A program made the position numbers and the translations under genes. The notes below the pieces were generated by a model, which had not been told where the DNA came from, ran no database searches, and saw only the letters and a program-made list of their open reading frames with translations. From contig CM119372.1 in NCBI GenBank assembly GCA_051294905.1, positions 20,338,001 through 20,402,000 of the forward strand: a stretch of 64,000 nt of DNA, given 5' to 3'. Shown here one piece after another: positions 51,701 to 60,877 of this stretch (positions are counted from its first letter, which is position 1; every line of letters begins with the position of its first letter). Origin of the DNA: Botryllus schlosseri. Taxonomy: Eukaryota.

Positions 51701-51772
51701 AAAAGTTACATTTCAGGGAATCGGCGGCCCCTAGAACAGACGACGGCCTAAACGGTCTTGGAAGCGAAGGAT
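30466..51772 (+). CDS. tau: Tau/MAP2/MAP4-family microtubule-associated protein, ~19 coding exons, >=714 codons, ten microtubule-binding repeats; final C-terminal exon uncertain
   Basis: GT-AG exons join in consistent phases into one ORF: acidic N-terminus, basic Pro/Ser/Thr-rich region, ten KXGS...PGGG-type repeats and a tau R'-like tail ([16 protein letters not shown]; cf. tau [16 protein letters not shown]). Family-level assignment; one-to-one orthology to a vertebrate paralogue is not claimed. Confidence 0.93.
31502..31575 (+). CDS. Tau-like gene exon 2 ([25 protein letters not shown])
   Basis: AAACAG| acceptor, CAG|GTAATT donor, phase 1 to 0, acidic. Confidence 0.8.
31922..32050 (+). 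CDS. Tau-like gene exon 3 ([15 protein letters not shown]...EQTSND)
   Basis: CTTTTCAG| acceptor, GAC|GTACGT donor, phase 0 to 0. Confidence 0.8.
32025..32104. repeat. Perfect 40-bp tandem duplication spanning the exon 3 donor
   Basis: CTGCTAGTGAACAAACTTCTAACGACGTACGTAATTGAGA twice. Confidence 0.97.
33177..33303 (+). CDS. Tau-like gene candidate exon 4a ([42 protein letters not shown])
   Basis: TTTTTCAG| acceptor, C|GTAAGC donor, phase 0 to 1; the only open frame. Confidence 0.6.
33549..33588 (+). CDS. Tau-like gene candidate exon 4b ([13 protein letters not shown])
   Basis: ACACAG| acceptor, strong CAG|GTAAGC donor, phase 0 to 1, compatible with exon 3 and exon 5. Confidence 0.5.
38037..38083 (+). 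CDS. Tau-like gene exon 5 ([16 protein letters not shown])
   Basis: TTTTAG| acceptor, AAG|GTATTG donor, phase 1 to 0. Confidence 0.65.
38221..38424 (+). CDS. Tau-like gene exon 6, basic Ser/Thr/Pro-rich ([11 protein letters not shown]...TIRLSAT)
   Basis: TTTTAG| acceptor, ACT|GTAAGT donor, 204 nt, open. Confidence 0.88.
39129..39242 (+). CDS. Tau-like gene exon 7, Pro/Ser-rich ([13 protein letters not shown]...NSTPSR)
   Basis: TTTTCAAG| acceptor, AGA|GTACGT donor, 114 nt, phase 0. Confidence 0.75.
39307..39393 (+). CDS. Tau-like gene exon 8, Pro-rich ([29 protein letters not shown])
   Basis: TTTTAG| acceptor, CAG|GTCGGT donor, 87 nt, phase 0. Confidence 0.82.
39585..40327. mobile_element. 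hAT-type MITE in intron
   Basis: TAGGGCG start and CGCCCTCCTA end; 8-bp TSD TTCATAAC (39577-39584, 40328-40335); GTCAAAA subterminal repeats. Confidence 0.8.
40458..40559 (+). CDS. Microtubule-binding repeat R1 exon ([34 protein letters not shown])
   Basis: Matches tau R1 [25 protein letters not shown]; TGCAG| and AAG|GTAAAC. Confidence 0.95.
40768..41387. mobile_element. Tc1/mariner-type palindromic MITE
   Basis: TA flanks; arms (C/G)GGGTGTT(G/C)AAAAATGAC...; inverted similarity runs ~300 bp to the centre. Confidence 0.8.
41432..42740. mobile_element. Tc1/mariner (pogo-like) non-autonomous element
   Basis: Perfect 20-bp TIR CCGTAAACCGGGGTAACTTT, TA on both sides, internal GGGGTAACTTTGGAC repeats. 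Confidence 0.9.
43286..43845. mobile_element. hAT MITE, first of a tandem pair
   Basis: Ends TTGGGCAAGTTTTTG / CAAAAACTTGCCCTG; flanked by GTGATAGC and GTGATAAC; AAAAGTTGCA subterminal repeats. Confidence 0.8.
43854..44407. mobile_element. hAT MITE, second of a tandem pair
   Basis: Ends GAGGGCAAGATTTTG / AAAACTTGCCCTA; GTGATAAC on both sides (43846-43853, 44408-44415). Confidence 0.8.
44730..44822 (+). CDS. Repeat R2 exon, 93 nt ([31 protein letters not shown])
   Basis: TTTTCAG| and AAG|GTAACA, phase 0-0. Confidence 0.95.
45248..45340 (+). CDS. Repeat R3 exon, 93 nt ([31 protein letters not shown])
   Basis: CCAG| and AAG|GTAGGC, phase 0-0. Confidence 0.95.
45412..45504 (+). CDS. Repeat R4 exon, 93 nt ([31 protein letters not shown])
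   Basis: GCAG| and AAG|GTATGG, phase 0-0. Confidence 0.95.
45962..46054 (+). CDS. Repeat R5 exon, 93 nt ([31 protein letters not shown])
   Basis: Poly-T CGAAG| and AAG|GTAATC, phase 0-0. Confidence 0.95.
46758..46853 (+). CDS. Repeat R6 exon, 96 nt, divergent ([32 protein letters not shown])
   Basis: TTTATAG| and AAG|GTATTT, phase 0-0; KVGS retained, PGGG lost. Confidence 0.88.
47645..47986. mobile_element. hAT-Charlie MITE
   Basis: TIRs CAGGGGCCTCAAAC / GTTTGAGACCCCTG; TSD TTCTAAAT / TTCTAGAT. Confidence 0.85.
48396..48488 (+). CDS. Repeat R7 exon, 93 nt ([31 protein letters not shown])
   Basis: CCAG| and AAG|GTTTGC, phase 0-0. Confidence 0.95.
48792..48884 (+). CDS. Repeat R8 exon, 93 nt ([31 protein letters not shown])
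   Basis: TTCCAG| and AAA|GTAAGT, phase 0-0. Confidence 0.95.
49078..50725. mobile_element. Foldback DNA element with ~650-bp TIRs (hAT-like termini)
   Basis: TAGGGTTGTCCA / TGGACAACCCTA ends; perfect 8-bp TSD ATGACCAT (49070-49077, 50726-50733); 49078-~49735 mirrors ~50070-50725. Confidence 0.92.
50839..50920 (+). CDS. Repeat R9 exon, 82 nt ([28 protein letters not shown]), equivalent to human MAPT exon 11
   Basis: TTCCAG| and CAG|GTAACT, phase 0 to 1, splitting the Gly codon as in MAPT exon 11 (82 nt). Confidence 0.95.
50981..51042 (+). CDS. End of R9 and first half of R10 ([21 protein letters not shown])
   Basis: TTTTAG| and AAG|GTTTGT, phase 1 to 0. Confidence 0.92.
51300..51565 (-). 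mobile_element. tRNA-derived SINE fragment
   Basis: Minus strand reads GGTCGTGGGTTCGATCGCAGGTCGGGTCAGACTAAAGA, a B-box-like GGTTCGA followed by a SINE-type body; boundaries approximate. Confidence 0.55.
51640..51772 (+). CDS. Second half of R10 plus R'-like tail ([44 protein letters not shown])
   Basis: ACAACAG| acceptor; matches tau [36 protein letters not shown]. Likely donor T|GTAAGA at 51773; otherwise it reads through to TAA at 51859-51861. Confidence 0.92.
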
Positions 51773-53610
51773 GTAAGAACAATGGTGTAGTTTATACCCT
51801 AAGGATAAATAGTTTAGATACGGGTGCTTGTGCTTTCAGACACTCCCAACATAATTTTTAAGTGTTATGGAAAAGGCAGTTAACCGTGAATGTTCCATGT
51901 GATGTTCTTGGTAGTTACTTTATTGGAGTTGATACGTTGCCCAGAAACGGATTTGGAGTCGATAGTAAAGTGTGCTATGTACAATAACTGGCTGGTGGCT
52001 AAGCCTTTTGCTGAGATTTTTAGAAACAGACCTTTTTCACTATTCAAAGCTTCGGAACATGCCTTGTCGATGTAGATTCGTGAAGAAAACGTGGAGCTGA
52101 ACTCGTGACTCACCCGATTCCAGAGTCTCCGTCATGGTGCATGCGCTCAAAATATGGTATTACCTGTCGCGTATTTTAAATGTTGAAGTTATTTTTACAG
52201 TTGATTGTATTATGGTACTGCCGACTTCGTTTTTATTTGTGAATCATTTACCGACGTCTGATAGATATTTTGAGTTGAAATTCAATTGCCGAATGACAGG
52301 TTACATGTATCATTTAGAGATGTAGCACATAGTATGTCAAGGGAAGTCGTTCATGGCATCGTTGAAAGAGTTTTATGTACATGAGTGTACTTTCGCACAG
52401 TGGCGAACAATTTGTGTAAGTATTTGTCATCTTATCTTTATTTTATTTTCTATTTGTTGATTGTTTCCGTCTGAACTGTAATGAAATTTGAAGAAATTCG
52501 AGACACTTCAACACTCCACACAGCCAACACGTTTTATGACAATTTGTCTTCACCGAAAACCGCTACTGTAGTTTTGTATATTGTGTGATATTTTTTTATC
52601 TGTTTGAGTGCATACGGAGTGATGTATGTTATTGTTTGTTGTTGATACTGCACGTCGATAAGACTTTTATTGCGATAACGCAGCTGGTACACAGATGCAA
52701 CGTTCTGACAATCATTGACTCACAGCATTGCAATTGCAATCTGGCAATTGTGCACTTCATATTTCAACGTCAACTTGTGAAACACAGCGCACACAATCTT
52801 GAGTAGCACGCCCTTTTGAAAGAATACTGTTATTGTACGTTTACACTTGATGTCAATATTATATGACTGCTTAGTTTTTGTTCCCTGTAGGAGCTTGGCG
52901 TTCCGTAGCTATGCTTAGTGTTGAAACAATGTCCGTTGAGCGTTGATATTGCGTGTTTCAGTGTGGGTTACATTTATGGTTTTAATAAAACAGTTCAATG
53001 TACGTACATGTGTCGACTGCGGTGCGACGACTAGTACCGTAATTTTCCGAATATAGTGCGCCCCCATGTATGTTACGCACCCTTGAAATGACGTGTATAT
53101 TCTGGGAAAAAGCCTGTACCCATGTATAGTACGCATCCTGCATTCGCAGTACATGAGTACATGAATAGTTGCGGTTTAGTATTCGATGTTGTTCTGTTTT
53201 GCGATGTCACTGTCGAACAATCATGACATAATGATCGCTTATCATAATACAATTAACGGCATTGTCTCTAAACGAGAGTAGATAGTAACCAAAGCCTGTG
53301 AGGTCGGCGACGCGATAGCTCAGTCTAGCGACACACGACATACTGCGCACGTGGCCTATTAGGCCATTATATTTGCGATTGCTCAGACTAACGGTTATGT
53401 CGGGCGCACCAGTCCTGTTGGAGATGCAAATGATTACGCAAGCGATTCTATCTTGCGCACATGGCCTCTTGTGTATGCGATTGTTGAGGCCTGGCGTTTA
53501 CGCGATGAATCAACAAGGATTGCCGCGCACGCTTGTAGCAATCAGCGACCTAATTACGCTCGCGTACAAACGGCAAACCAACTCAGCAAGAGATCGCGTG
53601 CTTTGCAGAC

Positions 53611-54618
53611 GATTACCAGTGAACCCGTCCCTCGGTGAACCCGTCCCGTGAACCCGTCCCTCGGTGAACCCGTCCCTCGGTGAACCCGGCCCTCGATGAA
53701 CTCGGCGCTCGGTGAATTCCGCCCTCGGGAAATTTTGTATTCACCGGCAACCCTAATATCCTACCCCAACCCTAATGTCCCCCCACCGCCAACCCTAATA
53801 TCCTAACCCTAATATCCCACCTCCGGCAACCCTAATATCCTAACCCTAACCCTAATATCCTACCCCAACCTTAATATCCCCCCTCCCCCAACCCTAATAT
53901 CCCACCTCCGGCAACCCTAATATCCCACCTCCGGCAACCCTAATATCCTACCCCAACCCTAATATCCCCCCTGCCCCAACCCTAATATCCTAACCCTAAC
54001 CTTAATATCCCACATCCACCAACTCTTATATCCCCCTCCCCCAACCCTAGTATCCTACCCGAACCCAATGTCCCACTCCCCGAACCCTAATGTCTCACCC
54101 CCCTGCCCTACCCAACCCTAACACCCCACCTCAACCTACAGTTGCAATAACGAGCAGACCACGCGTGGTTGATATGTGAGCAATAACAATCGTTGGGATA
54201 TATTTTTCATCTGAACAAGTCACACACAATATACAATGCGATAAGACCCAATGCGATGTCATGAACAGATACGAGGATGTCGAACGTCGCACGTCCGCCC
54301 CTCGCCAAGTCAATTCAACAATGAGCCGACCACGCAATCGTGATCACGTGATCCGATCACTCCGTGACTGCGTGATCTACGCATGCCCTGACCTCCTTAC
54401 AAGATCGACAAATCAGTTGATAATAACATTATTAGTTTAATAATGCATATTAATACTTGTTAATACACTAAATTTCAAAATTTCCCGAGGGCGGAATTCA
54501 CCGAGGGCCGAGTTCATCGAGGGCCGGGTTCACCGAAGGACGGGTTCACCGAGGGACGGGTTCACCGAGGGACGGGTTCACGGGACGGGTTCACCGAGGG
54601 ACGGGTTCACTGGCAACC
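53611..54618. mobile_element. MITE with repeat-built ~125-bp TIRs and 8-bp TSD (Merlin-like by inference), internal telomere-like repeats
   Basis: GATTACCAGTGAACCCGTCCC... / ...GGGACGGGTTCACTGGCAACC; TSD TTGCAGAC (53603-53610, 54619-54626); TIRs made of GTGAACCCGTCCCTCG units. Confidence 0.85.
53745..54130. repeat. Degenerate CCCTAA-rich (telomere-like) minisatellite
   Basis: Repeated AACCCTAATATCC with some CCTAACCCTAA runs. Confidence 0.9.
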
Positions 54619-55569
54619 TTGCAGACGAGTCTCGTTAATTAGAAACACGCTTTTCGTTAATTGGCAACACGCTTCTCTATTTCGCAGCGCGTTACACTCT
54701 ATAATACGAATTATGGGGCCCAATGGCTAGAGGTGATGCGCGATTTAAACAAGCATGAAGAAAGGTGTGATTTCAAGTTTTTGATCGTAAGATTTTTTTT
54801 CAAGGCTTGATGTACCTATGTATAATACTCACCCCCCTATTTTAGGGCAAAAAATCGGTAAAATTTTGCGCATTATATATGGAAAATTACCTACTTGCTT
54901 CGACGCTGTTTGTCACCGGAAATGATTCATATTATCAGAGATTGTTCTCCTATGTTGATAGCGCAATGGTTATACTAGTCATATATATCCGCGTCTTAGC
55001 CACAAGAGGCTCAGCCATGACGGATAGTGGTGTAGTGTAGACCAGAGTTGGATCAATTACATTATTTCAGTTCAATTACAATTACAATTACTTTATTGCA
55101 TGTTTCAATTACATTACAATTACTCCATGCTAAAAATATCAAATTACAATTATAATTACTCCTTGCACGCTTCAATTACATTACAATTACAATTGCTGCT
55201 GTTGAACATGTAATTGAATAATCATAAATTCAACCGTGCTCCTTGACAACCGTAGCGTCGTAATTAACAACAATTCAAGTATTCATGTTTCATTCATGAT
55301 ACGCAAATACCCGGTAATTAATAAAAGAAACGTTTTCGAACTATTCCAGTATGCAGTATGTCGTTGAAAAAAGTATTATAATCATGCACGGGTTGGATTT
55401 GCGTATATAGTATATAATTAAAGAAATATTATTATTTTTATCGAGGGACGTAGGAATTAGGATGAGTGGTGGAAACAAAACCGTGCTTTGTCAGATAAGA
55501 CGTTATATAATATCCGGTGGTCTGGTTAGTTAGCCAGACGAAGTAACGATGCAGCATCGTGATCTGAAA

Positions 55570-56140
55570 TCGTATTGTAGATTGCCAACCCACGGATAGA
55601 TGCGCAAGATGTGAGTCACGGATGAATGCACCGACAAACGTACTGCAGAGACGGCTAAAAGCAGCAAACTTTGTAGTCCTAGAGCTGGCGATTCAAGCGT
55701 CCAAATTTGATGCATATGGTCTTTATCGTAAGCTATTGATGCACGAATTCCGAAAATACAAATTAAAATCTCGTCAGGGCAATGTAACTGCTCCAAAATA
55801 GCCGTTTAAGGCCGACTGTTCTGAAAAGTGAGAGCGTCGCAGCAGCATGACCACAACAATGACCAATTACTCCCAGCGATTGTTCAGAACAATGCCGATT
55901 CCCAGACTTTCACGACTATTTTGGGATGGTACCATTGCCTGGAAATATACTTTTATTGCGGAATCAGTGCGACACTAGCTTTCGATTAGGACCATACATA
56001 TCAAATTTCGACGCTTGGATCGTTAGCTATGGGACTATCAATTCTGCTGCTTTTAGCCGGTTCAGCAGTTCGCTTCTCGGCGTATTCAATCGTGAGTCAC
56101 GTGTTGCGAATCCATCCGTTGGTTAGTAATCTAATAATTG
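55570..56140. repeat. Diverged inverted repeat (~165-bp arms), old foldback MITE remnant
   Basis: ~55575-55735 mirrors ~55975-56135 (e.g. GGCTAAAAGCAGCA / TGCTGCTTTTAGCC). Confidence 0.65.
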
Positions 56141-56681
56141 TATACAATGGCAGCCGAGGCCAGCATAGCGGTAAAAATAAAAAACGTCGCCCGCAAGGGC
56201 GCAGTCAAGGGCTTCCTCAAATGGATCCACCAAATTCCTTGTCGACATTTAGGGTGAAGGCCAAAAAGCTGAGTAAAAACATCCTGGATTTTCGCTTAAT
56301 CTGCGAGTTCCAAGATCTCCCGATTTAGAAGTAGATGATCCGCACGCCAAAACATTGGATGTTCGTACGAAGTTAGTAGATCTACAAATCCAGGATGTAG
56401 GACGCTATTGCGTCAAAATGACGCAAAATGTAGTGATCCGTGGAAGGTTGCCATGTCAACCAATCGACTTCGTAGTAAATATTGCTTCAATGGCAATGCT
56501 GATTGGAAATGTTGTCGATTTTGGTCATGTGCTATGAATGCCGTCGTTTCCTAGGTAGACTTATGAAATTGATTTGAAGCCACTTTGCAGCTTTAATGCA
56601 TATTACTCTGTAGTTTATTCACAGTTATAAGTTCCAAAGACGGCATTGCAAACTGGTACTGTTGTTATTACTGTCTGTAGT

Positions 56682-57624
56682 ATGGATATTTTGGACATCG
56701 TAGATGGCAGTTCGGACAACGAGAATACAATTGTTATGCCCAGGCATTACTTGGCAGACATATCGGACTCATTTGTAAAATACCCAGAAAATGAATTCGA
56801 TGACCGCTACAGATTTTACAAGGGAGCTACGGTAATTCTATTGGACATGATTAAAGACAGCCCATGGTTGGATGTCCGGTGCCAAGCTTTGCACCCCATG
56901 ATGCAATTACTCTGTGCTCTCCGATTTTTTGCTACGTCATTTTCAACAAACAGATGCTGATTTGATTGGTGTGTAAGCCGGACAACTGCATGCCGAATAA
57001 TCCACTGCATTTCTCGGGCATTATCAGAGAATAGAGAAAATTTATCCCACGATTGGATGATTCGTTACCAACAAAGAGTGATTTCTTTGACATACTGGAG
57101 TTCCAAATGTCATCGGTTGCATTGATGGTACCCATATCCCAATAAAGTCCCCAGGTGGCTCTGTACCAGAAAATTTATCGTTGCAGGAAGGGATATTTTT
57201 CTTCGAACTGTCAAATGGACTGCCATGCCAAGAGAATACCGGTAGTGACTAATGCTGTTGTGCTGGGAGACAGAGGCTCTATGCTCTAAAAATGTACCTG
57301 ATGACTCCATTAACAAATCCACAGCTTGCACAAGAAAAAAAATACAGCTATATGTACTCAAAGACATGCATGCTGATCGAGCAATGCTTTAGCGTTCTGA
57401 AACAGCGTTTCCAGATGTTGCTAAATCCTATGCGAATGCAAATCGAAAACACAGTCCTGGCAATCATTGCAACCATATGTTTGCACAATTTTGCTACAAA
57501 AACCAATGAGCCAGTTCCTGATATTGCAGTTACTCCCGAGGAAGCTACGGATATAACATCTGAAGTTGGATACACTGACGCAATAGCCTATCTTGAAAAT
57601 AAGATCAACACATATTTCTACTAA
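56682..57624 (+). pseudogene. Harbinger (HARBI1-like) DDE transposase pseudogene, frameshifted and internally deleted
   Basis: Motifs EFDDRYRF, QLLCALRFFAT, PNVIGCIDGTHIPIKSP, LGDRG, YLMTP, IEQCFSVLKQRF and CLHNF spread over several frames. Confidence 0.92.
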
Positions 57625-57932
57625 TTATGTTTATTTTAAAATTTTAACGAACACAGTAAACCGTGCTGGTGTAAAAATAATAAAGAGAATGAAATGTGCA
57701 TGACTTCGTGGAATGAAAGATTTAACTACAATTGCACTGTAGGTAATAAACAAAGAGCAGTGTCCCATTATTTGTACTCAAATTGACAAATATGAATTGA
57801 AAAAATGTACCAAAATATTTGCGCCATCGACAATACCTATAAGGCGAGGAACACTTGGCAGGCGGGCACAATGAAATATTATAAAGAAATGTTGCATTTC
57901 AAAAAATGTGCACCGTCAATAATACCTATAAG

Positions 57933-58126
57933 CAATGTTCCCTCTAAGCTACTCACGTGCCGCGCAAATGCGCAGTGCTGATATGGTCTCTGCGCACAGA
58001 AAATCCAAGTTGCGCACGAAAAAATCCGAAGTGATGACTTTTTTTACAGACGTTTACGCACTGTTGTCCAAGGGTCTGTAGTGAGTTGCTGAGTGTGCGC
58101 AAACTCGTCGAAAATTAGAGGGGACA
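57933..58126. mobile_element. Short hAT-type MITE nested in the Harbinger; related fragment at ~62203-62290
   Basis: CAATGTTCCCTCTAA start, TTAGAGGGGACA degenerate end; same family sequence inverted at 62203. Confidence 0.55.
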
Positions 58127-58276
58127 GGCAGGCAGGCACAATGCAGGCAGGCAGGCACAATGAAATATTATAAAGAAATGCTGCTTTTCAGAAAATGAGT
58201 ATTCGGCTATTTACATAACTTGACAGGAAGGCACAATGAAATAATTGAACACAGAAATATTGCATTACAGATGTCA

Positions 58277-60560
58277 CTAATTCCTCAATTGTCCAAGTTC
58301 TAATCTATATTTTTCCATTTTTATCGCATGTTCTTCGATACGCATTTCGAATTCTTGCTTTCTGAAATATCTTTCTTCGTCTCTCATGTCTTTTCTTTCT
58401 TTGAGCTCCTCAATCTTCGACACCATCAGTTTAATTCTCAGCTCATTGTTTTTCTGAATTAAAAGAAGTTCATATTGACTCTGCGATGAGGTAGTAACGT
58501 ATGATTAAACTTGCGATGAGGTAGTAACCTATGATTAAACTAAAACTTGTATTAGGAAGCCAATCACAAAGAAATCATTTGGAAATTCTCCCTGCCTTGT
58601 TGGCTGATATTTTTTCCTCTAATGGCTGATATCAATATCTGTTTCCAAGTGGGGTATCCATTCGATATGAGCGGTGAACCAATAATTGGTCAGTCTCTAG
58701 TCATTAAAAACTTGTAATTCTGCAACCAGCTGATCATAAAGTGCAGAATTGGTAGTTTTCATTGTATTGTATATGTATACTAGAGGCCGACTGATATTGG
58801 AGTTTTGGGCCGATACCGATAAAACCAATATCTAACCCCTTCACCGATAACCACTATAGCCTATATTCAAATTGTGTGGAATACCTTAAAATGCGCATTT
58901 GAAAACCTTCAGGGCATCTATTTGAACAGCTTTACAGCCAATGCTATACTTGGACAGGAAATAAACTAGAAAGGCTGTATCAGGACACCTGTAAAGTGTA
59001 ATATATGTGAAATATATCAATATTCTCAGTCTATTGGTCAAAGATTATAGTTTATGGACTTCCTATCACCATGCTGTGACCTCACGAAAACTGCCCAAAT
59101 ATATTCATTTCCAATGGCCGATACCAATAATTCTTTCAAAGAGTGATATCGAGTCTATATTATCGGCAAAGCGATATTATCGGTCAGGCTCCATTGTATA
59201 CCATCTTATATCAATTGTTACAGGATTGTAACTTGATACAGGATTGTAACTATGTGTATTGCACTGGTAATCAGCAATCTTTCGAGCAGTCAAACACCAT
59301 TTCCAACTCTATCGTTCGCAGATACACTTCACTAGCAAACTCAGTACAATGTGGGAATTTTTTACATAACAATAGTTGGGGCAGTGGAGCAAAAGTTTGC
59401 CAAACTGCAAGATTGTATATTTTGAAATATCAACCCGACATGAAATTCAAATGAGTTTAAGCTACATACCAGGTGGCAGATCGGCAGATCACTTGTCTTT
59501 GTCACGCATGTTGACTGCGATTCCATGTAGCTTGTTTCTGGAAAACATGTGAATGTTTCAGAAGGATTGCACAATGCACAATGCACATGCATATTTGCTA
59601 GTATGGTGGAAAATACTGAAACCGATCATTTGGCGACTAGCAAAAAATCTCATTATAAAATCGCTGAATGTTATGACAAGAACGTTTGATATCGTGAATG
59701 CATTCCCTTGAATACACCACTGGATAAGAATTCGATATAATATACATCTACACTCGTACAATTGATATGTTAGCAAAAAGTAGTGATGAAAATAACAAGA
59801 GTTGCCTCTGACACGAACCGATCATCATCATGGGGAACACTTCTCGATGCGGTCAATATATCGAACAAGTTCTCATTACTCTCTCGCAATATAACTTACA
59901 TGATTGATTTTCTGCAGTAACTACAGACAATACGGTGGAATCACTTTTAAAATGATGTTCAAGTGGCTGATCCTATGCTGGTATGACAGCTCTATAACCA
60001 TTAATTTACTGATATGCGCCACATTATGGATATAATCAATGTCTACAAATTTACCTTGAAATAAATAGCACCATCACCGGGTCAGATACCATATCTTCGG
60101 TCACTCTTCCAATTGAATGTTCTGAAGGCCTTAACAGGCATTTTCAGTTTGGGCACTTTCTGTTGTTTTGAAGCAACCTTCAATTACTGTTCTGTTCTTT
60201 TGCCATGTTTGGCGATGTAGCATTTCACGGCTTGGTTGATTGTATCAAATGCAAGAGAACGGCGGAACTCATTTATTACATAATTTGTATGCAATTATCA
60301 TTATCATTAAACATTCTGTAATAACATGATCATCAGTCAATAAGAAGCACAATTGAGTACCGGTAACAAAATATCGTCAACATGCAATCTTCACTATCTT
60401 TATAACGAACCTCAGATAAGCAATTCCAATCTACAATGTCCTAACTATTACAAACCTCGCCAAATTCATATGCTTGTGTACCTTAATCGAGACTTTAATC
60501 CTGGTGGCGACCAGGATCAAGAAGCAGCAGTCTATACTCAGTTGGTTGTGGCAGAATCTT
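58277..60560 (-). pseudogene. Remnant of Harbinger second gene (Myb/SANT-like DNA-binding protein with C-terminal coiled coil)
   Basis: 58498->58277 reads ...YELLLIQKNNELRIKLMVSKIEELKERKDMRDEERYFRKQEFEMRIEEHAIKMEKYRLELGQLRN*, convergent with the transposase. Weak Myb-like fragments at ~60150-60260 and ~60480-60560. Identity inferred from Harbinger architecture. Confidence 0.55.
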
Positions 60561-60877
60561 ACTAATCTACCTTTCTGGTCCGCAGAAAATCCAGCAACGT
60601 GCAAAATCGCCAGATCTATTATTTGATCTATATTTTTGGCCTCCACCCTTAAAGAGAATGCAATATAAGTCAATTATTTTATGTTGTGCTTGTCAGGTCT
60701 CAATAGCAATTTATTGTAATTGAAATTGTAATTGAGCAAAATTTTTGTCAAATTACAATTACAATTACACAAAATAAAAATGCTTCAATTACAATTACAT
60801 TACAATTACATTGAAATATGTAATAAATTTCATTCAATTACATTACAAATTACAATTGATCCAACTCTGGTGTAGAC

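Larger units (their letters stand above)
53037..54891. mobile_element. Tc1/mariner (Tc2/pogo-like) non-autonomous element hosting a nested insertion
   Basis: TA-CCGTAATTTTCCGAATATAGTGCGC ... GCGCATTATATATGGAAAATTACC-TA. Confidence 0.7.
56252..60648 (+). mobile_element. Decayed full-length PIF/Harbinger transposon
   Basis: TIRs GGGTGAAGGCCAAAAA / TTTTTGGCCTCCACCC (15/16); TTA TSD on both sides; transposase (+) and convergent second-gene (-) remnants. Confidence 0.88.
55043..60869. mobile_element. hAT non-autonomous element carrying nested insertions
   Basis: TIRs CAGAGTTGGATCAATT / AATTGATCCAACTCTG; perfect TSD GTGTAGAC (55035-55042, 60870-60877); AATTAC subterminal arrays at both ends. Confidence 0.92.

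Noticed and set aside
51840..52110. Definite last coding exon of the tau-like gene
   Set aside because: Several options (acceptor at 51840, acceptor at 52076, read-through to 51861) cannot be distinguished without transcripts.
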